From the IMG/VR virus record IMGVR_UViG_3300025296_000021, positions 1-49,958 of that record: a stretch of 49,958 nt of DNA; one strand, written 5' to 3'. Shown piece by piece: positions 28,101 to 36,602 of the stretch (positions within the stretch are counted from its first letter, which is position 1; every line of letters begins with the position of its first letter). The DNA is from a virus. Its lineage: Duplodnaviria > Caudoviricetes. A model generated the notes under the pieces. The model saw nothing but the letters and a program-made list of their open reading frames with translations, did no database searches and was not told the DNA's origin. The position numbers and the translations under genes were made by a program.

Positions 28101-29505
28101 TGGTTCCCTTGCTGGCAATGTATTTAATCAATACACTGGCTTAATAGAGCTTGACCCTGCTTTTAATTATGGGTCTACGGCAAGAAATTTTTGGTCTAAT
28201 GCTATGAGCTTTCAGGTTGCTACAAAGATTGGCTTTGGCTTTGCAACCATACCTAACATAACTCAGACTTTAATATCTACTGCTCAGGAGGCTGGGTACT
28301 GGCGTACTCTCAAGAGTGCGGTTGCGGTTTCTATGCCTACCAAGGCTGGACAGGCTAGAAGAGACATGATAAGACGTTCTGGTTCTACTGTGTATAGTGT
28401 CTTGCAGCAGTTATTTGGTTACGAGCATCCTACCTTGATGGGTAAGGTCGCAGATAAGATGACATTTATATCCGGGTTTAAAGGAATTAACAAGGTTAAT
28501 AATATGGTTGCAGCTTCCGTTGCGATGGACTTGGTTCCTCAGTTGCACAAGATAGCAAATCAGGCAAAGCCCGGTGTGAAAATAAAGATTTTAGGAAAAG
28601 AATTTTCACGTCGTGACTGGGCTAGGAAAAAATTGAAGGATTTTGGAGTTGACTGGAAGGTGGAAAAGGTTTCAGAGGATATGTTGCTGAGGTCAATGGT
28701 AAAGTTTTCAAAGAATACTCAGCTTCAGAAGAATGTCCTTAAAGACCCTGAAATGTTTAATATGCCTAGGGCAAGACCTTTATTCACATTTAAAAGATTT
28801 GCATATCGTCAGTTTGTTTATCAGAAGGATGTGATGAAGAGGGAGATGGAGCGTGGCAATCTTATGATGCCGCTACGTTTGGCTGCCGCAGGTTTAGCTG
28901 GTGGTGAGTTTGTTCATTGGTCTAGGAATATGATAAAAGAGCTGTGGAGCGGTGAACCAGTATACCGAGAGAATGAGACAATGTTTAAAAGGATGAGGGA
29001 TAACTTAGCTGCTGTAGGTTCCTTTGGTGTGGTAACAGATATTGCCGCTGCAGAGTCACTCGCTTCCACAATGGGCTTTACGCTTACACCTGTTATTATA
29101 TCGGATGCATACAGAGTACTTGATATATTGATTGACCTTGAAAGAGACCTTGGAAATGATTATGGAATTAGCAACTCCCTACATAGGAGCGTGATAAGGG
29201 TAGCTCCGTTATTTGGTGGACAGGCAAGAGAGCTTGCCAAGCAGATTCAGCCGGGTAGCCAGAAAGAGAATAGAATTAAGAACATGCGTGGAAGAGTGCG
29301 GACAAAGGCATTGGATTTCATTATTGATGCTCTTCGACCGGGTATATCTGAAAAAGAAAAAAGACAAAAGATTGATTTTGCAAAGTCTCGTATTAAACAG
29401 TGGAATGCAGAATGGGCCTCTAGGGGTTATGAATTATCACCAATGGATATTGGAATGACTGAAGTGCATAAAAGAATGAAACTTAAGAGAGAGAGGGAAA
29501 AATAA
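25135..29505 (+). CDS. Large ejection/polyvalent-type protein with zincin metallopeptidase domain
   Basis: 1456 aa. Gly/Ala-rich hydrophobic N-region, FLHEFGHY...AEFFAQAF zincin motif, helical C-terminus. Confidence 0.75.
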   Translation: MPAERIRYVEDPRFPGMRIPVSATTEKETDRLSSHDVFFATPYTPEPEKEDWADSLPYFIKRGYNESIQGAVHQIAKGKKKFDLSGYEPGAVEDLAAGFISFFMPEDLIALGAGALMGGGVASIGTSFAARQAVKKLVLNGVKKEVAERAVKMASVKTTARVMAGATSSGIQLGSYEGLKSGLQQKAERGDIDLTEVSKAMASGAIVGASMGGVGAALKAKGVPLPLAVPAEVGTLGTVGPLTVGELPTPKDYVDAAGMVLGIKTVGGVTKRTAKAINYIAGKYKTEKKLSPEEATIEARKRAKEQETVRKKKEVWYSRFGEKRQVKVGSSYESKRGVVKIPLYDAVTGVAIPAVTEANFYKLYTRRKGQIKETSGLIKTVNFEKKSEGHKRLSQNLDSMIETEALLPAHKQVLMEVLRYTDSKSMDKLVSESSGRLKKVPGRYVSVWKKVGDSREYQPTIRMKKGHGTEVKTRIQENPTSLHGFVDAGRTFLHEFGHYAYYTLLNPKQRQAMDKLYNSMNRQQRRDYFKAAGLPEHAYKYYAKNKAEFFAQAFAEYTIAERVPAAAYAPLYKQTLSKLSEYVRGVHERKGLYERGKGEKYDPITGLMSGVFDKVLGKEKPTGQRAKTNLRESRIKYVQSTALGDKGLKMSRESYESLKRTVTESKESIKLKDMTDGQLVKMVDRVRLERDVIKITKDLLHSGANIPEVAKNASSHESVLAPLRPAGKRLERVPEGREFSKLIEDAELTKKRAEGEFYDMLKSAGLFRLFEGKKKGRKRGEQISADIENPKVKTVFNKVLDKMYYEWALDMKKMGADVQPYRTDYLPRVWKEKISQIVFDDMYTATQKIKALNSAVAGDLKLTKAERGMLNNQIKKYSEKYFSDDTKGMLELLRRGRPSVTGGRMDYFEAFELLKQNAYREKYSTFGNLEKPRKSLKAPEHFYERDARIILARYSTKLASRYAYVKHFGPKGEKGNALIRNIEAKDAKLGSLAGNVFNQYTGLIELDPAFNYGSTARNFWSNAMSFQVATKIGFGFATIPNITQTLISTAQEAGYWRTLKSAVAVSMPTKAGQARRDMIRRSGSTVYSVLQQLFGYEHPTLMGKVADKMTFISGFKGINKVNNMVAASVAMDLVPQLHKIANQAKPGVKIKILGKEFSRRDWARKKLKDFGVDWKVEKVSEDMLLRSMVKFSKNTQLQKNVLKDPEMFNMPRARPLFTFKRFAYRQFVYQKDVMKREMERGNLMMPLRLAAAGLAGGEFVHWSRNMIKELWSGEPVYRENETMFKRMRDNLAAVGSFGVVTDIAAAESLASTMGFTLTPVIISDAYRVLDILIDLERDLGNDYGISNSLHRSVIRVAPLFGGQARELAKQIQPGSQKENRIKNMRGRVRTKALDFIIDALRPGISEKEKRQKIDFAKSRIKQWNAEWASRGYELSPMDIGMTEVHKRMKLKREREK

Positions 29506-30884
29506 TGCCCATAGGATATGGCAATGAAGGCGGATTTGTTTATGGCCTAGGCGGTAATGGCGGAGGCAGTACAGGATATACTCCACCCGGAGATAGAGCA
29601 AGCATTGGTGGGGGCGACGATTCGGATGATTATTACAGTGGAGACAGGGGATTGGGTGGTGGATATGTTCCAGACAATGGTGGGGGATATACTCCACCCG
29701 GAGATGGGACTTCGCTACTGGATTGGGTAAAACATAAAAGAGATATTGATTACGGATATAATCCTAATGATGATACCACCGGACAGAGCTTTTTAGACCA
29801 AGTGGTCAAGAACGGCTTTTCAGGTGGCAGTAAGAGAGATTATGATGTATATAAAGAAGGTCAGAATACAGGTGGTAATGGTGGCGATGATGATGCTGGG
29901 AATGGTAGCGATGATGACGACTTTAGAACTCTCCCAGTGGTAGGCAATGGTGGTGGAAGCGGCGCTGAAGAGCTTGCTGAATGGTTTCTTCAGCAACAAA
30001 CCAATGGGAATGGGAATGGCGCAGGCGGAGGTACGGGCAATCGCCTAACTGACGAGACGAGCGATGATGATGACAAGACTACACATGATGATAAGAGCGA
30101 CGCTGGTAATTGGTGGGACATCTACGGTGCTGATTCGGATTTCATGTCATGGCTAACATACAATAAGGGAATGCAGTTTGGTGCAGGGTTTTCATTTGAG
30201 AATGAAAGCCAAGCGGATTGGGATTCCTATTATGCAGAATATAAGGCTTCCCTAGGGGGTGAATCCGATGGTGACACCGGAGGGGGAGGCGATGGAGAAG
30301 GAGATACCGGAGAAGGAGATACCGGGGATGATAATTGGTGGAATATATATGCTACTGACAACGATTTTCATACATGGCTAAAGCAGAATAAAGGGATGCA
30401 GTTCGGTGCAGGATTTAATTTTGCTAACGAAAACAAGGATGTGTGGGATACCTATTGGAGCGAATATCAGCAGTTTCTCGATGAGGGCCCACCTATAGAT
30501 GATACCGTGGATGCGGATGATGATGATGATTATGTAGACACATGGAAGAAAGGGGGTACCAAACGCGCTCCTTTGGATTTATCTGGTTATTTAGAATGGA
30601 TGAGTCAGCAGCCGGGCTATAATCCACTTGGCGGTGGAGTGTTGAAGAGCCTAGGTCAAAGCGTTGGGGATATTCACCGTGATGTAGACATGCCTTGGAC
30701 TCGTCCTACGGCTGGTATTACTACGTCAGATGTTTCAGACCCGGCAGAGATTAACCTTGAAGGCTTATTGTCTGGTTGGGAAGGTTATTCACCAAGAAGA
30801 AGACGCGGTGGTGTCATGCCTTTCTATTCTCAAGGCTCTATGCAAGATTTACTCAGGCAATTGTCTGCTGGGCGTCGTCGTTAA
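29505..30884 (+). CDS. Gly/Asp-rich acidic protein with a duplicated 49-aa aromatic domain
   Basis: Two NWWxIY...NKGMQFGAGF...EY repeats; poly-Asp linkers. Confidence 0.8.
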   Translation: MPIGYGNEGGFVYGLGGNGGGSTGYTPPGDRASIGGGDDSDDYYSGDRGLGGGYVPDNGGGYTPPGDGTSLLDWVKHKRDIDYGYNPNDDTTGQSFLDQVVKNGFSGGSKRDYDVYKEGQNTGGNGGDDDAGNGSDDDDFRTLPVVGNGGGSGAEELAEWFLQQQTNGNGNGAGGGTGNRLTDETSDDDDKTTHDDKSDAGNWWDIYGADSDFMSWLTYNKGMQFGAGFSFENESQADWDSYYAEYKASLGGESDGDTGGGGDGEGDTGEGDTGDDNWWNIYATDNDFHTWLKQNKGMQFGAGFNFANENKDVWDTYWSEYQQFLDEGPPIDDTVDADDDDDYVDTWKKGGTKRAPLDLSGYLEWMSQQPGYNPLGGGVLKSLGQSVGDIHRDVDMPWTRPTAGITTSDVSDPAEINLEGLLSGWEGYSPRRRRGGVMPFYSQGSMQDLLRQLSAGRRR

Positions 30885-31345
30885 TGCCTACCGACAAGAA
30901 GGGTAACATCTCTCCTGTTGAGCTTCTCAACTTGGGAATTCAACTCAAAGACCTATTTGGGAAGAAACAAGCATACGATTATGCTGTACCTGAGGGTACT
31001 AGTGTTGATTATAATATTATGAAACCCTTGGCAAAGCATCTACAAGACATAAAAAAGCTTGACCAAATAAGACCTGTGTGGCGTGAAACTCCGGGGCAGG
31101 AAGTTCCTGAGTCTGTATTGTTACAGAGCATTGAAGTAGATGGTCGATACTATGCTACTCCCACTATATTTCCCAAAGACCCAAGCAAGCCATCTTCTGA
31201 TTATAAGAACTGGGATACAAAGATAGGGATGTATGGATTTGAAGAAGCAAAAAGCAGAGACGAGTTATTTGAATTTGATACATCAGAGGAGGCTGAAAGG
31301 TTTGCACTTGAAGCATCAACATTGTTGCCACGTAAGCCAAAGTAG
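30884..31345 (+). CDS. Array protein with shared N-terminal leader (MPTDKK...)
   Basis: True start at the TAATG overlap (30884). First 37 aa are 24/37 identical to 31348. Confidence 0.8.
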   Translation: MPTDKKGNISPVELLNLGIQLKDLFGKKQAYDYAVPEGTSVDYNIMKPLAKHLQDIKKLDQIRPVWRETPGQEVPESVLLQSIEVDGRYYATPTIFPKDPSKPSSDYKNWDTKIGMYGFEEAKSRDELFEFDTSEEAERFALEASTLLPRKPK

Positions 31346-31347
31346 TA

Positions 31348-32655
31348 ATGCCACAAGATAAACAGGATATGCTTTCTCCTGTGGAGTTTCTTAATATCGG
31401 AATGCAGCTCCAAGATTTGTTTGGTCAAAAACAAGCATACAGCTATGCCCAACCAGATGTATCTGGTGTTGCACTAGGCGATATGGAGCAACCATCTGAG
31501 CCGGGAATATATCCCACACCTAAAAAATCTATCGGTAGTCGTGCTCTTGACTTAGCTGAATTTATTACAGCTCCGGTTACTACTGAAGGATACAATCCAA
31601 TACGTAGCATGCGGGAGTCTGAGACTGCCCTACAGGGACTTGGGCATTTACCGGGAGCTTTAATCAGTTTAGGAGCGTCTGGATTTGGTGCGAAGAAACT
31701 TGCTGGTGCCACTGGAAGAAAGGCATTAGGTGAGTTGGCAACGAGGGCAATAAGACCTTATCGTTTTTCAACCAAATCAAAAGAAGTGATTAAAGCTATT
31801 CGCAATCCATCTTCTCTTAAAACCTTATCCACAAGAAGAGACCAATGGAGCAAATATCCTCATCATGTAGACGTCAATACCCATCTTGGAAGAATGTTTG
31901 CCTATCGCAAAGCTTTTAATCTGAAGCCACCGAAAGAGTCTCTAGACATGTTTACGAGAGAAGGTAAAAAACAATATTCTCTTAACCTGAGAAATGACAA
32001 ATCGCGCCAGTTGGGACTGGATATACTGTCAAGAGAGGGTGTGCAGGGAACACATCCAGTATTTGGACACTATACTAGAAGCTTTAAGCCTACAATAGTA
32101 AAGGGAAAGCCTACTTTTGAGACTAGCTATAAAGATGTATGGGATTGGGCTTTTAATAAGGGAGAAATTGCCTCAACCTTCAAAGATATGATGCGTGCTC
32201 CAAATCTGTATAAAGACATGGGTAATCCTCTTTCTTTATTTCTTCAAAGAGGTGTGGCAAGTTCTCTCTCAAAGCCAATTACATTTAAGGGGACTATTTC
32301 TGGTAAAGATTATATGAATTTACTAGGACTTCCGAAGTCATTGTCTTCTACGGGAACAACTCAGGCAAGTCTTGCTTTGGAGCGTTATTTAGAACACATA
32401 AAACATACATTATTAGATGGTACTGGCATGGTAAAAAAACCATCTAAGGCGTGGTGGAAATCACATGATAATATGATTGAACGTCTTTTAAAGAATAAAC
32501 GCTTTCAAATGGAGGCGGAGAGTCAGATTGGTGCGAGGGCAACCACTCGCGCAGGCCTCGAAATTGATATGAATCCATTCTTCAGGTATTATGTAAACGC
32601 ACTTTATGGTCTGCCAAAAGGTACTAAAAATGCAGCAGGACAGGTTATTAGATAA
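31348..32655 (+). CDS. Array protein with shared N-terminal leader (MPQDKQ...)
   Basis: Leader paralogous to 30884; unrelated basic C-terminal domain. Confidence 0.8.
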   Translation: MPQDKQDMLSPVEFLNIGMQLQDLFGQKQAYSYAQPDVSGVALGDMEQPSEPGIYPTPKKSIGSRALDLAEFITAPVTTEGYNPIRSMRESETALQGLGHLPGALISLGASGFGAKKLAGATGRKALGELATRAIRPYRFSTKSKEVIKAIRNPSSLKTLSTRRDQWSKYPHHVDVNTHLGRMFAYRKAFNLKPPKESLDMFTREGKKQYSLNLRNDKSRQLGLDILSREGVQGTHPVFGHYTRSFKPTIVKGKPTFETSYKDVWDWAFNKGEIASTFKDMMRAPNLYKDMGNPLSLFLQRGVASSLSKPITFKGTISGKDYMNLLGLPKSLSSTGTTQASLALERYLEHIKHTLLDGTGMVKKPSKAWWKSHDNMIERLLKNKRFQMEAESQIGARATTRAGLEIDMNPFFRYYVNALYGLPKGTKNAAGQVIR

Positions 32656-33698
32656 TGCCACAGGGTACCCAACAACAACCTATTGAACTGCCTGCTGTTA
32701 CAGCTTATGGTGAACAGCCGGAGCGTTCTCTCTTACAGCAACTTGTAGCCCAATTCATACAGAGGGCGAATGAACCTAAAGACCCTTTTGCAATTCAGCC
32801 GTATAATGTAATTGCACGAAATGACCCCGCACTGCTAGAAAGTCTAAGAGGGTTAGTTCGGTTGCCCGGAGAGGTTAAAAGGCGCATGGGAAAAAGTGTA
32901 TTTCATTTACCTCATCATCAAGAAGTAATGCAACAAAAACAAAGAGAAGCAGAGAATGTTTCCAATTGGATGAAGACTTGGTTTCGGAGTCCCATTACAA
33001 GAGAGCGTTTAGCAGAAGGTGGTAGGTCGCCACAAGACGTAGAAGCTCTAGCATCAAAAGCTGAGAATTTGCAATTTGAGATTGGCATGCCTGATATACC
33101 TGAAGGCTTACGAAGACTAGGTAGAATACCTAAAGAGCATCTGACTCTTGGTGTATATGATGTAGAAGAGGATAAGTCGTATATTAAACCATATACTACA
33201 ATTGGAGATTTTGGTGGCGAGTATGCTGGCATTCCTTACTTCAGGTCTAAACCATTTTTTGAGCAAACAGCGGCCCATGAATTAATGCATCAAATGACGA
33301 TAGATAAAATGACCGATAAGGAAGCGAAGTTGATAAGCGAGGGTGTTTATGATTACAAAAAAGTGATGGATATGGCGTCCAAGCAAAAGGGTGCGTGGAG
33401 GGCTTTTGGGTATAAACATGAACCATACATGAAGGGTGGTCGTGGGGGTGACCCCGCTACTCTGAAGAATTATTTTTATTATGCTAAACCAGAAGAAATA
33501 TACGCAAGAATTATGAGTGTTAGAAGGTCGCTTGGTTTGTTGCCGGGACAGTCGGTTGCTAAAAAAATGCTAGAAACCATTAAGAACTCCCCGGCTATGA
33601 ATGACCTTCTTAGGTATATGCCAATGAAGCATGTTCAAAAACTTATGAATACACTGGCAGTTAAAGAAGAAGATACTCCCACTGAGGTTTTTGTATAA
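32655..33698 (+). CDS. Array protein, zincin-like metallopeptidase
   Basis: AAHELMH with downstream PEEIYAR third-ligand motif. Confidence 0.75.
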   Translation: MPQGTQQQPIELPAVTAYGEQPERSLLQQLVAQFIQRANEPKDPFAIQPYNVIARNDPALLESLRGLVRLPGEVKRRMGKSVFHLPHHQEVMQQKQREAENVSNWMKTWFRSPITRERLAEGGRSPQDVEALASKAENLQFEIGMPDIPEGLRRLGRIPKEHLTLGVYDVEEDKSYIKPYTTIGDFGGEYAGIPYFRSKPFFEQTAAHELMHQMTIDKMTDKEAKLISEGVYDYKKVMDMASKQKGAWRAFGYKHEPYMKGGRGGDPATLKNYFYYAKPEEIYARIMSVRRSLGLLPGQSVAKKMLETIKNSPAMNDLLRYMPMKHVQKLMNTLAVKEEDTPTEVFV

Positions 33699-35107
33699 TG
33701 CCACACGGTTTTCCACATACACAGACTGCTGAAGCTGACCAGACTGTTGTCAGGCTCGGAGATTTAATGCTTGACATGCCGGAGGATACCACTCCGCAGG
33801 AAAAATCTGCATTGTCTTCTTTTCTTATGTCTATGCTGGAGCCTGCTCCCGGCTTTAATCCCATTCAAGACATTATACAGTCTCCCACACCTGTTAGGGA
33901 GGCAATTCGTCAGGCTCCTTTCCTGCCTATGGCTGCCGCTATGGCAGTAGGTGGCGGTAGTGGTAAGAAGAAGGTTGTTCAGGCTGGTGCTAGGCGTATA
34001 CAATCTAAGAAAACAGTGGATAAGTTAGTAGAAACGCTAAAAAGAAATGAAGAAGGGCTTTGGGATGAGTTTAAGATGTCCGGTAGCACCGAGGGCACAC
34101 TCCATGGCACGGGAATTGTTGGGAAAGGTGATATTAAAAAAACCAATTATTCGATACGGTCTGATAGGGCGATGGATGAAATGCGACACCATATTTCAGT
34201 TAATAAGCCTGAAGGCATGGCTTCTGTAGACTTTGCAAAGCAAGGTGATGAAATATTCATTGGCACGCTTGAGTCGTTTGGTACGAAGTTACCGGAGAAG
34301 ATAACGAAAAGTCAGCGCCATCAGTGGAAGCCCCTGCGTAAGCGTCATAGCATACAGAGGCAGTCTGCTCTACAGGAATTACTTGGAGCGGTTGCAGAGT
34401 ATGCCAATAAAGGAGATGTTATTCATCCGGGAAGCCTTACATCAGATTCGTTTACAATGATAACCAATGCTTTAAGGAATCCTAATTTAGGATTCATAAG
34501 GGGTGGGCTGAAAGAGAAATTTAAAATTGTAACCGCAGAAGACCTTAAGGCTATGGCTCAAAAGGGAAGCCGACCAGAGGGATGGACTGCGGAAAAAGCA
34601 CGTGAAATGCTTGAGTATTCAAAGCTTATTGGAACCAGAAGACTCTCCACGGGAGGTGACCTTGGATATGCCGATGCTTTTGGGGCGGTTGGTAGAAAAA
34701 AGAAAGAATTGGGGACTGCAATGATGAGGATATTTGCTCCAAATAAGGCTTCGTTGGGTGGGATGGAAAAGCTTCTTAAAGACATTCAAGGAGTGCAGAG
34801 GCAAGCCTACAAGGTTGCAAGGAGAGCACCAAGCAATATAGATGCAGATATTAGTGACGAGTTTCTAGCCCAATTAAATAAAAGTAAAAGTGCAATTAAA
34901 AAACTTCAGGATGCGTATTGGCATTCTGCCGAACGTGCACATGGCAAGAGGGGAGCAAGGAAACTAAATGAGGCCCAAAGCAATGATATATGGAATTTCC
35001 TAATGGAACACCGTGCGGTTTCAGAGCAGGCAGAGGATTCCATTCTTGACCTTCTCGATACCAAAAATGTGTTTACCTATAAACCATTCGCTATTATAAA
35101 AAAATAA
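33698..35107 (+). CDS. Array protein, unknown function (possible GNAT-like segment)
   Basis: 469-aa coupled ORF. Weak beta-beta-helix pattern (ASVDF...EIFIGTLES...LQELLGAVAEYA). Confidence 0.7.
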   Translation: MPHGFPHTQTAEADQTVVRLGDLMLDMPEDTTPQEKSALSSFLMSMLEPAPGFNPIQDIIQSPTPVREAIRQAPFLPMAAAMAVGGGSGKKKVVQAGARRIQSKKTVDKLVETLKRNEEGLWDEFKMSGSTEGTLHGTGIVGKGDIKKTNYSIRSDRAMDEMRHHISVNKPEGMASVDFAKQGDEIFIGTLESFGTKLPEKITKSQRHQWKPLRKRHSIQRQSALQELLGAVAEYANKGDVIHPGSLTSDSFTMITNALRNPNLGFIRGGLKEKFKIVTAEDLKAMAQKGSRPEGWTAEKAREMLEYSKLIGTRRLSTGGDLGYADAFGAVGRKKKELGTAMMRIFAPNKASLGGMEKLLKDIQGVQRQAYKVARRAPSNIDADISDEFLAQLNKSKSAIKKLQDAYWHSAERAHGKRGARKLNEAQSNDIWNFLMEHRAVSEQAEDSILDLLDTKNVFTYKPFAIIKK

Positions 35108-36105
35108 TGCCTAACACTATAGCATATAGAAAAAAAATAACGCCTAACACTAGCAAAGTACATTCAGCTCTAGATTATCTTATAAAACTCGCTGAAATGG
35201 CAACCGAACCACTCTTTGGTGAGCGGGCGCAGAGATATGGTTATGGGGCAAGGAAAGGTTTTGATGTTGCTGATATTATAGACGTACCATCGCGTGCCGT
35301 AAAAGGTGCTGTCGCTCCTATGTTGTCAGTGGCAAGGAAACCCCTTTCATCTATGGTGGATTTGGCTGACCTTTTACCACAATTAGCTGGAGACCCATAT
35401 ACCTCAGAAACTATTAGTCAGGCATTGGAAAAAGCAGGCGTGACGAAATCACCAAATATTGTATTTACAGAGGGTGGCTCCTCTCGCTATAGTCCTACTG
35501 GAAGCTGGATGTATCCGTTTGCGGATGTTTTAGAGCTGGGCATGGGGAGACATAGTAAATTAGGTAGAGAACTTCTTGGGAGAAAGAAAGGAGCGGAGCC
35601 AGTTACAGTTTTTGAAGAATTATCACACGCAAGGCCGGGCAAGTTCGGACACGATATTCAATCACTTATGGAAAAAGGTATAGAAAAAGGTGGTATACCG
35701 GAGCATCTGTCAAGGCTTTTAGAAGAAACGAGAGCAAAGGGTGTGTCTGCAAAAAATGTGTTTACGAAAGAGGGAATGGTAGAGGGTCTATTGTCTTTAC
35801 CAGCGCTCTTAACAACCCTTGCAAGTTATGCTATTCCCCGTCCAGAGCATCTTAAAGACCCTGCGTCAAGACGTAGTATGCGATGGTATCAAGATGCGAA
35901 GAATATGGTACTTAATTATAATGACCCTAGTGGTCAGTATGCTATAAACAGGGGTCAAGAAATGCTTGGTCAGACACGCGCACTACGCAAGGGATACTGG
36001 GAAAATCCTATAAGTCAGGGTTACATGAGAGCCGCAATGGCACAGAGTGCTAATCCATTAAACCAGTTAGCAGCATATTTTGGGATACAACCGTTAGGAA
36101 GATAA
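35107..36105 (+). CDS. Array protein with degenerate zincin motif
   Basis: VFEELSHA...LLEETRA (first His of HExxH replaced by Glu). Confidence 0.7.
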   Translation: MPNTIAYRKKITPNTSKVHSALDYLIKLAEMATEPLFGERAQRYGYGARKGFDVADIIDVPSRAVKGAVAPMLSVARKPLSSMVDLADLLPQLAGDPYTSETISQALEKAGVTKSPNIVFTEGGSSRYSPTGSWMYPFADVLELGMGRHSKLGRELLGRKKGAEPVTVFEELSHARPGKFGHDIQSLMEKGIEKGGIPEHLSRLLEETRAKGVSAKNVFTKEGMVEGLLSLPALLTTLASYAIPRPEHLKDPASRRSMRWYQDAKNMVLNYNDPSGQYAINRGQEMLGQTRALRKGYWENPISQGYMRAAMAQSANPLNQLAAYFGIQPLGR

Positions 36106-36110
36106 ATAAG

Positions 36111-36187
36111 AGCCGCCAGCACGACGCACAGGGAAAGGAGTTAAACCTGCATACTTCGACCTGTCGTGCCAGCGACCTTTAAAGGCT
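36111..36187. other. Structured element at the convergence of the two arms
   Basis: AGCC/GGCT, GCACGAC/GTCGTGC and CAGG/CCTG nested helices; loop GAAAGGAGTTAAA. Confidence 0.45.
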
Positions 36188-36264
36188 TACTTCCTCTCAA
36201 AGAAGTGAGAGTGTATGCCCCACGTTAACATTAGTATCACCAATCCAAAGTATAACCATTCCAT
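36187..36264 (-). CDS. 25-aa hydrophobic peptide
   Basis: MEWLYFGLVILMLTWGIHSHFFERK; AGGAG upstream. Confidence 0.5.
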   Translation of the reverse strand: MEWLYFGLVILMLTWGIHSHFFERK

Positions 36265-36266
36265 AT

Positions 36267-36602
36267 CTACATTCTCCTTACTGGTATTGTTTTCTTCATT
36301 TGAGCTTGCCATCTTCTTGTTTCCGCTTTATCCATTTTAAGTGGACATTTAGGAAGGCTTGATACTCTTAAGTCCCAAGCAGCTGGCGCAGCCCCACAAA
36401 AAAGTCTTTCTTTGCCATCGTGCTCTCCGGTCTTGGGATTGAACGTGGATGACCCGCACATCGCACAACCTTTATTGTTGTTTAAAGGGCACTCTAAGAA
36501 GATTTTTGTTGAGTCGGTACTTACCCTCACACTAGGGGTAAAAACTTCGTTAGAGCCTACGCTAGACCCCTTATTTGGTGCATTGTACCCCTTATCTGTC
36601 AT
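36267..36602 (-). CDS. Cys-rich hypothetical protein
   Basis: CPL..CAMCG..FCG..CP; ATGA-coupled. Confidence 0.65.
   Translation of the reverse strand: MTDKGYNAPNKGSSVGSNEVFTPSVRVSTDSTKIFLECPLNNNKGCAMCGSSTFNPKTGEHDGKERLFCGAAPAAWDLRVSSLPKCPLKMDKAETRRWQAQMKKTIPVRRM

Noticed and set aside
30776-30883. Upstream extension of the 30776..31345 ORF
   Set aside because: The TAATG overlap and paralogy with 31348 place the start at 30884.
30884-31460. Shared leader as a DGR template/variable repeat pair
   Set aside because: No reverse transcriptase. Differences are mostly synonymous, not adenine-specific, and lie at N-termini.
32679-32711. TonB-box-like IELPAVTAYG in the 32655 N-terminus
   Set aside because: Too short and degenerate to support alone, and not shared by the other array members.
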